Positions 1 to 10,966 of a stretch of DNA of 64,000 nt are shown one piece after another. Source of the DNA: Lama glama (lineage: Eukaryota); assembly GCA_028534125.1 (NCBI GenBank), contig CM052816.1, positions 3,226,001 to 3,290,000 on the forward strand, given 5' to 3'. Each line of letters begins with the position of its first letter. Position 1 is the first letter of the stretch. The notes under the pieces are model-generated. The model worked only from the letters and a program-made list of their open reading frames with translations, was not told the DNA's origin and made no database searches. A program made the position numbers and the translations under genes.

Positions 1-870
1 GGAGAGAAGTGTGTGGGGAAAGATAGGCTTGGAGTCTGAGACCTTCAGTTCAAGCCCTGGTGTGTGATTTGGGGCAGCCTGTTACCCATCTGAGCCTGGG
101 TTCTTTATCTGTAAGAGGGGAAGAGCACTAATAACACTGAGCACCCAGGGAGGCTGGAGGACTCAAGTGAAAACTCAGCCTTTACCAGTTGCCTGAGGTA
201 TGCTGTTGGTCAGGTAACTTCATCTGCAGACTAAGGCAGGTGGCAGTACCTGTCTCATGGATACTGCGAGGGTCTCATGAGATGAGTAGGTGTAACACTC
301 TTAGCCTGGTGCTTGGCTCAGTATTGGGGATGTATTATGGCTAGAGTGCTTTGTAAATGTGAAGATGTATGAATACTAGTTTGCATGTGTGTGTATATCT
401 GTATGTGTATATTAGTGGGCCTGGCTCTTCAGCCACTTTCAAACCATGAGACTTTGGAGACGTTTCTTACCCTCTTCTGCCTCAGGTTCCATCGCCTGTA
501 AAGTAGGGATAATTCTATTACATAGGACTGTCGTGAAGACTAAAAGAAGTGACACATGTACTGGGCACTTAAGTGGGCAGGCCATATTACTAAAGCATGC
601 AGGAAACTAAGTTGTTGCATAAATATTATTTCTTACCTACTTCTTAAGACTGTGAAGAGTTCGTATTTGTGAAAACATCTTGAAACTCCAAGTCACTATT
701 CATACCAGAAGATTGATGGTGGTTTGAGCTAATGAGGTTATGTAAAAAGCACTCTGAAATAATGGTAACGGGAAGTTCAGTTCCACAAGACTGATGCTCC
801 TGGACTTTTGCTGGGAGGGCTGAGGGCAGATGGGAGACTGACTTTTTTCCCCTCTCATTCCTCGACTCAG

Positions 871-1066
871 CTGCTAGCCCCCGGCACGCTGTGCCGTGAG
901 CAGGCACGGCAGTGCGACCTGCCAGAGTTCTGTACGGGCAAGTCCGCCCATTGCCCCACCAACTTCTACCAGATGGACGGCACCCCTTGCGAGGGCGGCC
1001 AGGCCTACTGCTACAATGGCATGTGCCTCACCTACCAGGAGCAGTGCCAGCAGCTGTGGGGTCCTG
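871..1066 (+). CDS. ADAM19: ADAM19 internal exon (disintegrin loop / start of Cys-rich domain)
   Basis: ctcag| acceptor, 196 bp, LLAPGTLCREQARQCDLPEFCTGKSAHCPTNFYQMDGTPCEGGQAYCYNGMCLTYQEQCQQLWGP-G, |gtaagt donor; phase joins the next exon. Confidence 0.96.
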
Positions 1067-1289
1067 GTAAGTCTCTCCTGGTGGGCAACGACCCTCCTCC
1101 TGCCCCCTGCCTCCCATCCTGCCTTCCTGTTCAGGCACTCAGGGTAGCTTAGATCCTGGCTTCAAAACAGCATCTCCAGATACTACCTTTCTTCATCTCC
1201 TTGACTCAGGGTAGATTTTCAGGGGGAGGCAGTAGACAGTGTTCTTCCCAGTTCCTTGATGCTTTAAATTCTCAGAGTGGGTGAATGGA

Positions 1290-1960
1290 TAAGAATAATC
1301 CAACAAAAATGGGCAGGGGATGGAGGCAGAAAAGGAAATGCAAATGGCCCTTAAGCTGTGAGCAAACTATAACTACTGTGAGATGGGATTTCTTCGTGTA
1401 TTATATTGGCAGAGACTGAATGAAGAATTAATATAATAAGGTAATGATAATAATACTATAACAACAAGAACAATAATAATGTAGTGTTGTGGGGAATGTG
1501 CAGAAACAGGTAAGTACAACCCCTGTGGAAAGCAGTTTGGAGCTATCAGAACTGCAAGTGCACTTGTCATTGGACCCATCTGCTCTACTACGTAGCGATG
1601 GACCCTACTCGTGTGCTTGGACATTTACGTGAAGATAGATTTACAAGGATATTTATTGCAGCATTGTTAGTGATACCAGTAACAGCCTATAAATCCTTCA
1701 GTAGGGACCGATTAAAGTAATTCTGGTACATCCATACATTGGGACACTATGCAGCTGAATAAAAGGAGGCAGCTCTGTATGTACTGAATGAAAAATAAAA
1801 TCATCTCCTGTGATAAATTGGCAAATGCAAAATGCAGACCAGTGGCTAGAATCTGCCGTCACTCTTTATTGGATAGATTATCTCTAGAAGATCCACAAGA
1901 ATTGTGTCTAGAAGGAAGAAATGAAATTATCTTTAGAACATACACTGTTAATTACGGTTG
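1290..1960 (+). mobile_element. Old L1 (L1ME-like) 3' fragment
   Basis: Degenerate L1 ORF2-end/3'UTR motifs (aaatgcaaatggcc, ggaaagcagtttgg, tttattgcagcattg); boundaries approximate. Confidence 0.55.
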
Positions 1961-2356
1961 CTTTTCAGGTTGTAGGGAAGTAGGAACTGGAATGAGCAGT
2001 TAGAGGAAATCTGAAGACATGCTTTATTGAAAATTTTTGCACACAGGTATTACCTATTTTTGAAAACCTGAAATGTGACAGGGCTTCTTTATTAGAGAGA
2101 AGGCTTAGCACACAAACCTCCCACAGATAGAACCTGATAAGGTGTAAAAAAACTGATGTAAAACCTTTTCCTGTGAGTAAGTCTTGAGAAGGTGGAGGTG
2201 GAATAACTGATGGGGTAAAGGAAGAAAAGGCTGAATATCCCGCCCCCAAACTTTCTTAACCTCCTGATTTTACCAAGGGCTCGCACTGTCCTCTGGGGGC
2301 TTCTGACTTCTACTGAGGCTGGCTGGTGTACTGATAACTGTTTCTTGCCCACCCAG

Positions 2357-2465
2357 GAGCCCGACCTGCTCCTGATCTCTGCTTCGAGAAGGTGAATGTG
2401 GCAGGGGACACCTTTGGAAACTGTGGGAAGGACATGAATGGCAAACACAAGAAGTGCAACATGAG
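2357..2465 (+). CDS. ADAM19: ADAM19 internal exon (Cys-rich domain)
   Basis: cccag| acceptor, 109 bp, (G)ARPAPDLCFEKVNVAGDTFGNCGKDMNGKHKKCNM-R, |gtgatg donor; not in the ORF track, translated by hand. Confidence 0.95.
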
Positions 2466-2764
2466 GTGATGACCACAGGGCAGACCCCAAGAGATAAGGG
2501 AGGCAAAGCTGTTCCCGCTCTATGCTCACTCCCGCCCAGCTCAGCAGCTTGGCTGGCCCCGGAGCCGGGCCTTTAAATAAATCTCTTCCAGACCCCTTGA
2601 CAATGCACCATTCAGCCCTAAGGAAGTCAGAAGGTGGGTGTGGATGGCAATGCTTCCTAGAAAGCTGGTCAGACTTCCTTTCGGGACCTCCTTACAGCAG
2701 GGCAGGGGATCAGCCCTCTTGTGTCATTTCCGCAGGGTACTAATTATACCCTCATCTGAATAGC

Positions 2765-3420
2765 CCATCATTCATCCATCCATTCATTCATTTTACCATC
2801 CTTCCACCCACCCATTCACTGTCTACTGTGGGCTTACCATGTGCCAGATCCCGTGCTGAGTACATGCAGCAATACAACGTGATAATGGAAATGTGGTGAG
2901 AGCCACCCAGGCGGTCTTGGTGGGTTGAGGTGGTTTCCCCAAGGAAGTTATGCATAAGCTGAGATCGGGAGAAGTTCCCTAGTTGAGCAGGTGCTGATAC
3001 GTGGGAGTGTTTCCCAAGCAGAGAGAGGAGTAGAGAAAAACTGGTGGTAGGAAGAACTGATAACAATTTGATATAGATAAAGTCTACAGTTGGGGTGCAG
3101 TGGGGAGGGGGCTGTTGAGAAATAAGCCTGGCTAGTTAAGCAGGGACCAGGTCATGAGAAGCCTTGAGTGAATGGCTAGGGGAGTTTGGACTTTGACTTG
3201 AGAGCATTTTGGAAATTGGACTCCAACAGGGCAAGACTTGAGGCAGGGAGATCAGTTTCCTCTCATCCGGGTGAGAGAGGATGGTGGTGTGAATGAGGGT
3301 AGATATATAGAAGGAAGGATTGACAGGGCTTGAAAACGGCTTGAACTTAGGAGTGAGGGATTATGGGAAGTCAAGGATGACACCAGACTTCTGGCTGTAG
3401 CTCCTGGGTGCATGGGGGTG
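2765..3420 (-). mobile_element. L2 3' fragment
   Basis: cattcatt microsatellite-like tail then atgtgccag, i.e. the reverse of the L2 3' end; boundaries approximate. Confidence 0.6.
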
Positions 3421-3719
3421 CAAGGAGCATACGGACAGGTCGCTCAGGTCAGGCAGTCGTCCTTGCAGTTAAGAGGACTTCCCAAGGCCAGCTCTCGGAG
3501 GCCTAGATCTGCCTGGGGATACGGATCTAATTTCCTGTCCTTCGTCTGTGTCCACATGGGGTCCTTCCTGCTTAGTTCCTTACAGCACACTCATTGCCCT
3601 TCTGCCTCTCCCCCATCCAGGCCTGCTGTCCTGGTCAGGAGAGATTGAAGCTCTTTGGTGCCCCAGCTCTACCCCTGCCTCTGATTCCATCTCCTTCCCT
3701 CCTTCTCTCTTGGGCCCAG

Positions 3720-3924
3720 AGATGCCAAGTGTGGGAAGATCCAGTGTCAGAGTTCAGAGTCCCGGCCCCTGGAGTCCAATGCAGTGTCCATCGACACCAC
3801 CATCATCATGAACGGGAGACAGATCCGATGTCGGGGCACCCATGTCTACAGAGGTCCCGAGGAGGAGGGTGACATGCTGGACCCAGGCCTGGTGATGACT
3901 GGCACCAAGTGCGGCTATAACCAC
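3720..3924 (+). CDS. ADAM19: ADAM19 internal exon (Cys-rich domain)
   Basis: pyrimidine tract + cccag|, 205 bp, (R)DAKCGKIQCQSSESRPLESNAVSIDTTIIMNGRQIRCRGTHVYRGPEEEGDMLDPGLVMTGTKCGYNH, |gtgagt. Confidence 0.95.
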
Positions 3925-4674
3925 GTGAGTCCTTCCTCCGGCCTCACTCAGCTGCTGGGTTGCAGAGGGCAGTGACTGAAGTGTGAGCTGTGGACGGAGG
4001 ATGCCTGGGCTCAAAGCCCAACTTCCCCCACCTCTCCGTCTCTCAGTGGCTTCCTTTACAAAGTGTGTTAGGAAGAGCGAGACCCACCTCACAGAACTGT
4101 TAATCAGGATTAAATGAGATAATCCCTGCAAACCATTTGGAAGGGCCTATTATCTCTTTCGTCCTCATTAATTTTCATATGAATTAAGAAATGGACTAGA
4201 CTAGGAGCCAGGGAAGCCTCAGGAAAATATTGGCAGCTGTCTCAGAGTTGACTATGAGAATGACATTATAAAAATATGAAGCACTTGGCGCTAAGTAGAC
4301 AGCTGTCACCATAATCATTATTTTTAAATATTGTATTCGTGCATATTAATATATAATGTATAATGAAGTAATTGGCATATAATCACCATATAGTAACATA
4401 GTAATGTACTATATGTAATGTAATAACACACATTATATTATTATAAGGTTTAATGATAAAATATTTGTTGTTTTTTCCCTAATCACAAAAGTAATAGAAT
4501 CTAGTTAACGACCATCCTGTCCTTGGCTTTTTAGGTTGTTTTCTGTTTTTCACTGTAATAACCTGAAGTGGGCTGCCTCTTTGAGTCCCGTATGTTCTGA
4601 GTGTAAAAACCCAGTCTCCTAATTGCCAACCAGTGTCCCTTCCGTTGTGTTGACTGATTTCCTCCTCATTACAG

Positions 4675-4752
4675 ATTTGCTTCGAGGGGCAGTGCAGGAA
4701 CACCTCCTTCTTCGAAACGGAAGGCTGTGGGAAGAAGTGCAATGGCCACGGG
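4675..4752 (+). CDS. ADAM19: ADAM19 internal exon (end of Cys-rich / start of EGF-like domain)
   Basis: ttacag|, 78 bp, ICFEGQCRNTSFFETEGCGKKCNGHG, |gtacgc. Confidence 0.94.
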
Positions 4753-4841
4753 GTACGCCGGCCCGGGGCTCTGGGGCTCCTCTGTGATGGTGTCCGTGGG
4801 GGCAGGCCCTGGGGGAGGCCAGAGCTCCCCAGGGTGCTGAC

Positions 4842-5341
4842 NNNNNNNNNNNNNNNNNNNNNNNNNNNNNNNNNNNNNNNNNNNNNNNNNNNNNNNNNNN
4901 NNNNNNNNNNNNNNNNNNNNNNNNNNNNNNNNNNNNNNNNNNNNNNNNNNNNNNNNNNNNNNNNNNNNNNNNNNNNNNNNNNNNNNNNNNNNNNNNNNNN
5001 NNNNNNNNNNNNNNNNNNNNNNNNNNNNNNNNNNNNNNNNNNNNNNNNNNNNNNNNNNNNNNNNNNNNNNNNNNNNNNNNNNNNNNNNNNNNNNNNNNNN
5101 NNNNNNNNNNNNNNNNNNNNNNNNNNNNNNNNNNNNNNNNNNNNNNNNNNNNNNNNNNNNNNNNNNNNNNNNNNNNNNNNNNNNNNNNNNNNNNNNNNNN
5201 NNNNNNNNNNNNNNNNNNNNNNNNNNNNNNNNNNNNNNNNNNNNNNNNNNNNNNNNNNNNNNNNNNNNNNNNNNNNNNNNNNNNNNNNNNNNNNNNNNNN
5301 NNNNNNNNNNNNNNNNNNNNNNNNNNNNNNNNNNNNNNNNN
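4842..5341. other. Assembly gap (exactly 500 N)
   Basis: N run; the ADAM19 EGF, transmembrane and cytoplasmic exons are absent from the visible sequence. Confidence 0.99.
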
Positions 5342-5545
5342 ACGTGTGTGTCTGGGACCCAGGGCAATGTGAATTTTCTTTTTATTTGGGAGATTGTTCA
5401 CGGAAAACAGACCCTCTTTTCTCTCGTCCACCTATCAATTGTTTACAATGTTTGTATATCTATGCAAAATACTTGAATGGGCCATGGTGCCTTTTTCCCT
5501 TGTTTGTATTTAATGAAAATAAATTGTCATTTGAAATGTCTGGTT
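5342..5545 (+). other. ADAM19: Probable distal end of the ADAM19 3' UTR
   Basis: AU/GU-rich, repeat-free sequence ending in AATAAA and a T-rich downstream element; lies between the ADAM19 exons and convergent NIPAL4. Confidence 0.65.
5518..5523 (+). terminator. Poly(A) signal AATAAA (ADAM19)
   Basis: ...tttgtatttaatgaaAATAAAttgtcatttg followed by tctttttccctttttt. Confidence 0.6.
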
Positions 5546-6091
5546 CGGTAACTCTTTTTCCCTTTTTTTCAATATTGCGCTGGTCAGCCTGGATAGGATC
5601 CGTCAGTGAGGACTCCCGAGATGAGTTCCCACAACGACCGTCAGGCCAGCCTGTCAGGCCACCATGGAAGAGCTGGAGCCAAAGGACAGCCCCGGGGTTT
5701 CCCATGACCAGTTGAGGGCGTTGTCTGTCTTTGCACCTGGACACAGGTTGGTCTAGTGTAACTAGGTCTAGGGGTCACTTAAGGCATGAATGATACATAT
5801 CTGCCTTGAGGACTTGTGAGGGCTTTAAGGAGTCACATGACGCTCTTAGCACTGTGCCTGGCTTCTTGTGAAGGCTCAGGCATGAACAAGGGCTGGGTGT
5901 CTTTGACTCTATTCCCAGAACAGCCTTCCTGTCTCTAGCGGGGGCATGGCTGTGGAAGGCACTAGAGGGACTCCCTCGGCAGCCACAGGTCTCCAGAGAT
6001 CGCGGACTGCCCCCCACCGAGGAACCAGTTTACTTGTTCTGTGTCCAAGGAAGGTCAAGTCGCAAGTATCAGGGAAACACGCTCGGAGGTC

Positions 6092-6097
6092 TTTATT
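6092..6097 (-). terminator. Candidate poly(A) signal AATAAA (NIPAL4)
   Basis: tttatt on +; the first canonical hexamer I found on - downstream of the NIPAL4 stop (~1.7 kb), followed by gtgttt on -. Confidence 0.5.
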
Positions 6098-7769
6098 CCT
6101 GACCCTGCAGACCACACTGAGGGCCCTTCTCAAGATCCAATGTGTTGCACTGACTTTGGTTACAGAGAGAAATCCACATTCATTGAAAACCGGGGCTTTG
6201 AGGCTGGAGGTGCAGGAAGCTGGTCTGTTGGCGAGCTGGACCAGCTCGCTGGAGCGCCAAGGCGAACAAGAGTTTGGCCCAGGCTTGGCTAAGCTTCGGG
6301 CATGGAATGTAAACCCAGGGCGAAGGTGTGGAGTCACACACGGGAGGCTCTGCACCAACTCGGGGGCGGAGGGTCGGGTCGTCTGTATAGATAGATTGGT
6401 GCCCTTACGTCCCTGTCATTGGTCCTTGCGCCAACTCACATCTTCACCGCTGGAAAGAGGACAGGAAGGGAGGGGGTACTAATTCTCTCTGCAGCTGCTC
6501 TTGTTTTTTGACTGTTCCTGGCCAAAGGTGAGGGGACTAAATGCAGTGCCCAAAGCAGGTGGTGTTGGAGCAGTCGTGACACACGGCTTCCCAGTGTGGG
6601 CAGCTCATCAGTGGAGCCGGGGACTTGGTTGCAATCTGGTCAACAGCCAGAACGCACCCCGTGTCCAGCTTACACCCCTACCTGGTCACCGATGTTCAAA
6701 GCTGATCCTCCTGGCCGAGGCTTTGAGGCTGCAGCCCAGGGGTTACCCAGAGCTCTTTTCGCCTGGGTTCCCGGTTGGGCACCAGAGAAACACAAAAGTT
6801 AGCCCCTGGTTTCCAGAGAGCCTGCAGCTGCTTTCTGCCCAATCCTGACTTTGCTCCTCCCTCTTCTCCCCATCTCCCCAAATCATGTTTTGGTTTACTC
6901 CTCGAGAAAAAGGAAAGTGCACTGTGCTCCACAGCCAGGCTACTTTGAAGAGCGATGCAATCCTGTTCTTGTTTGAGAGCGAGGCGGCACGAAATCCTGG
7001 GCGTGGCCCGCAGAGCTGGGCTGTGAAGCACCTGATGTGGTTATTGTTGTTCTGAGTTCTAAGATAACTGCCTGGATATCTCAGTGATGGACCCCTTAGG
7101 ATGTATGTAGAGAGGGGAGGAGCGGGGACAGGGGCGGAGCGGGTGGAAATGCTGACCTGCAGGCTGGCGTGCTCGGGGACGGGGCTGGTGGAAGTGTTTC
7201 CCTGAGACGTCAGGTCGCTTTCACAGTGAGGAGGTCAGCTGAGGTCTTGCTCTATCTCTGAAGGTGAGGTGGCCAAAGCATCCAGACGTTTGACAGTAGT
7301 GGTGTGTCTATTAGTTCTGGGCGGGAGGCATGGCCTCTGGGCGCCAGCTGCACACCATCCTCGGGCTCAGGAACTGTGAGTCAGTCTCAGGAGGAGAACT
7401 AGTGCTAAGGGTTTCCTGATGACCAACATTTCAGGGAGGTTCTTGGCTTGTGCTGCTACATTCAACAGGTCAAATTCTGTCTTCTTCCCAACGACACAGA
7501 GATGGCACCAAGGAAACAAGTGGGAAGGTGGTCCAGGGGACCTGCTGGCACCAACGTCAAGTAGGATATTTGGTCACTGAGGCTGTGTTTCCAGGAAGTT
7601 TTGCCACCACCATTCACTGGGTAGGGATTTTTCTCCTGGAAACAGTGATGAGGTATAAATGACTGTCTCAAGAAAAGAGCCCACTGGTAAGAGCTGTGCT
7701 GAGAATAACCAGGTAGCTCTGAACTGACAGTACCATAGGGCTCCTCTGCTCACTCATGTATTCCAAGCT

Positions 7770-8398
7770 TTACGAATGGATTGTAAATACTCTGGGCTTC
7801 TCTTCTGGTGATGGGGTGCTGCAGAGTTCTATACTGTCCACGAGGACATTCTTGTCTTCACGTCTAGTGGCACTGGGCTCTGGGGCTGGGGGTGGGGTGG
7901 GATTTTTGTGCATGTGTGGCAGGCTGGTCTGGCTGATGTCCAGGTCTTTGAAAGCATGAAGCATGAACACACCCAGGATGATGGTGACAAAGCCAGACAA
8001 GGTGCCCGCAATGTCCACGGCAGACATACTGTACCACTCCTTGAAGAGGACAACGGAGGAGGCAACCACCATTGTGGTGAAGAACACGTAGTAGATGGGG
8101 AACACCAGGGAGGTGTTAAAAATGTCCAGCGCCCTGTTGAGGAAATTGACCTGAGTGCTGAGCGAAAGTGCCAGGATGAGGGACAGGATGTAGGGGAGAG
8201 GGTGCCGCACTACGGGCATCCCCTGGAAGAAGTTTTTAATGGTGATGCCCAGGCCCTTGACGGCGGACACAGAGAAGGCTCCGATCACAGAGCAGATGAT
8301 GATGTAAATGAGGATGTTCCTCTGTCCGTAGCGTGGGGCGATGACGAAGATGAGGATGAGGCAGAACACCAGCAGAAGCACGGCAAACACGATGTACC
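7770..8398 (-). CDS. NIPAL4: NIPAL4 exon 6 (last coding exon, with TAA stop)
   Basis: 629 bp; (G)[17 protein letters not shown]...[24 protein letters not shown]...[16 protein letters not shown]-family multi-TM sequence; acceptor ccctacaaag|. Confidence 0.97.
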
Positions 8399-8498
8399 CT
8401 TTGTAGGGGAGAGGGAGAAGGATAACCTGAGCTGTAGAGGGTACGATAAGCATCTAGAGACCAGGTTCTTAATGCGACATCCCACTGCCATGGCATTA

Positions 8499-9941
8499 AG
8501 AAATAAACTCACACACCTACAGTCAATTAATCTTAACAAAGGAGTCAAGAATGTACAATGGAGAAAAGAGAGTCTCTTCGGCAAGCGGTGCTGGGCAAGC
8601 TGGACAGCCGCATGTGAGTCAGTGAAGTAGAACACTCCCTCACACCATACACAAAAATACACTCAAAATGGCTTAGAAGTAGAACACTCCCTCACACCAC
8701 ACACAAAAATACACTCAAAATGGCTTAAAGATTTAAACATAAGACAGGGCATCATAAAACTCCTGAAAAAAGAACAGAGGCCAAACAGATCATAGCTCTG
8801 TTGTCCTGGGTCAGTCTCCTAAGGCAACAGAAATAAAAGCAAAAATAAGCAAATGAGACCTAATCAAACTTATAAGCTTTTGTACAGCAAATGAAACCAT
8901 AAGCACAACAAAAAGACAACCTACAGAATGGGAGAAAACATCTGCAAATGATTTGAGTGACAAGGGCTTAATTCCCAAAATATACAAACAACTCATATAA
9001 CTAAATAACAAAAAAACCCTATAAAAAATAGGAAAAGACCTAAATAGACATTTCCACAATGAAGACATGCAGATGGCCAATAGGCACATAAAAAGATGTT
9101 CAAGCTCACTAATTATCAGAAAATTGCAAATCTGCAATGAGGTATCACCTCACACTGGTCAGAATGGTCATCATTAAAAAGTCCACAAATAATAAATGCT
9201 GGAGAGGGTGTAGAGAAAAGGGAAGCCTCTTAGTTTGCTGGTGGGAATGTAATTTGCTGCAGCCACTAAGGGGAATAGTATGGCGAGTCCTTAAAACTCT
9301 AAAAATAGACTTAACATATGATCCAGCAGTCCCATTCCTGGGCATATATCCACAGAAAACTTCAATTCAAAAAGATACATACACCCTCAATGTTCACAGC
9401 AGCACTATTTACAATAGCCAAGACATGGAAGCAGCCTAAATGTCCATCAACAGATAATTGGATAAAGACAATGTGATATATATACAATGGAATACTACTC
9501 AGCTGTTAAAAAAAGAAAGAATAAAATAATGCCATTTGCAGCAACATGGATGGACCTGGAGATCGTCATTCTAAGTGAAGTAAGCCAGAAAGAGAAAGAA
9601 AAATGTCATATGCTATCACTTATATGTGGAATCTGAAAAAAGGACACAAATGAACTTACCTACAAAACAGAAACAGACTTGCAGACATAGAGAAAAAACC
9701 AAAGGGGAAGGGGAGGGGAGGGATAAATTGGGAGTTCGAGATTTTCAGATCCAAACTACTGTATATAAAATAAACAGCAAGGTCCTAATGTATAGCACAG
9801 GGAGCTACATTCAATATCTTATGATAACCTATAATGAAAAAGAATATATATGTCTGTGTATATGTATAACTGAATCACCATGCTGTACACCAGAAATTAA
9901 CACAGCATTGTAAATAAACTATACGTCAATTAAAAAAAAAA
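8499..9941 (+). mobile_element. 5'-truncated young L1 in NIPAL4 intron 5 (antisense to the gene)
   Basis: ORF2 C-terminal remnants ([25 protein letters not shown]), L1 3' UTR, A-tail 9932-9941; short aagaa on both sides. Confidence 0.93.
8624..8727 (+). repeat. 52-bp tandem duplication inside the L1
   Basis: gaagtagaacactccctcacacca(t/c)acacaaaaatacactcaaaatggctta at 8624-8675 and 8676-8727, one mismatch. Confidence 0.95.
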
Positions 9942-10110
9942 GAACCTGGGTTTTAGAGTCAGACAAACATGGGTTCCAATCCCAGTGACATGACTATTTA
10001 ATAACTTGTACAAGTTATTAATTAAAACCCCACGACCTCAGTTTCCTCATTTGTGAAATAGGACCTTCCTCACATAGGCTTCTTTTGTGGGATTAAATAA
10101 GGTAATGAAT
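9942..10110 (+). mobile_element. MIR core fragment (continues at ~10595-10650)
   Basis: ttagagtcagac..gggttccaatcccag..cctcagtttcctcatttgtgaaatagg..gggattaaataagg. Confidence 0.75.
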
Positions 10111-10590
10111 GCAATTACTGACTGTACCCCAATCCCCTCCCAGCCCCTTGCATTCGCATGTTGAAGCCTAACCCCTAATGTGATGGTACGGAGGTGAGGT
10201 CTTTGGGAGGTGATTACGTTGTGAGGGTACAGCCCTCACGAAGGGATTGGTGCCCTTACAAAAGAAACTTCAGAGATGGGAGAGGGTCTAGCTCAGAGGC
10301 AGAGTGCATGCCTAGCATGCAGGAGGTCCTAGGTTCAATCCCCAGTACCTCCATCAAAAATAAATAAGTAAACCTAATTACTTCCCCCCAGAAAATAAAT
10401 AAATAAAATTAACGTTAAAAAACTTAAAGAAAGAAACTCCAGAGAGCTCCCTTGCCCCTTCCACCAGGTGAGGACACAGCGAGATGTTTGTTTATGAGCC
10501 AGATCTGTGGGGCCTTGATCGTGGCCTCCAGACCTTGGAAAAATAAATGTCTGCTGTTTATAAGCCACTCAGTCTATGACATTCCATCAC
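10110..10590 (+). mobile_element. MaLR LTR (MLT1A-like) interrupted by a SINE
   Basis: gttgaagcctaacccctaatgtgatggta..ctttgggaggtgatt..gtgaggacacagcgag..aaataaatgtctgctgtttataagccactcagtct. Confidence 0.8.
10278..10429 (+). mobile_element. tRNA-derived SINE (camelid Vic-1-like)
   Basis: A-box tagctcagaggcaga, B-box ggttcaatccc, A-rich tail; 16-bp TSD aaagaaact(t/c)cagaga at 10261-10276 and 10430-10445. Confidence 0.9.
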
Positions 10591-10805
10591 GACCCATAAA
10601 GCATTTAGAGCAGTACCTGGCACACAATAAGCACATAATAAACGGCATCAACTCCCTGTCAGGCTGGGAACCTGTGTGCTAGCCTTAGTAGCATCCCACA
10701 GACTTCCACCTGCCTCCTCCAGGTGGCAGCACCTGAGATGGCCAGGACCCAGTCAGACCTTCCACGTGGCTCCCCCCCACACCCCGCCCCGGGCTTGGAG
10801 CCCAC

Positions 10806-10966
10806 CTGTGTCCTTCATCTTGGCAGCCATCTCCATGACGGTGGTGATCCTCTCTTCCTCGGGGGCGTGTATCACCATCACGGTGCTGCCGGCCACACAG
10901 ATCACACAGCCCAGCTTTCCCAGCAGGTTTAGACTCTCTCCCAGGAAATAGGAGGAAAGGATGGCA
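10806..10966 (-). CDS. NIPAL4: NIPAL4 exon 5
   Basis: cacgcag|, 161 bp, (S)[54 protein letters not shown], |gtgggc. Confidence 0.96.

Noticed and set aside
4619..5715. Long ORFs spanning the first gap (and likewise 28303-28893)
   Set aside because: Artefacts of translating N runs
7908..8630. 240-aa + strand ORF
   Set aside because: Antisense shadow of NIPAL4 exon 6 that runs into an L1; no recognisable protein
10278..10355. tRNA-like sequence (also at ~22640-22718 and 23059-23135)
   Set aside because: SINE heads with A-rich tails and TSDs, not tRNA genes
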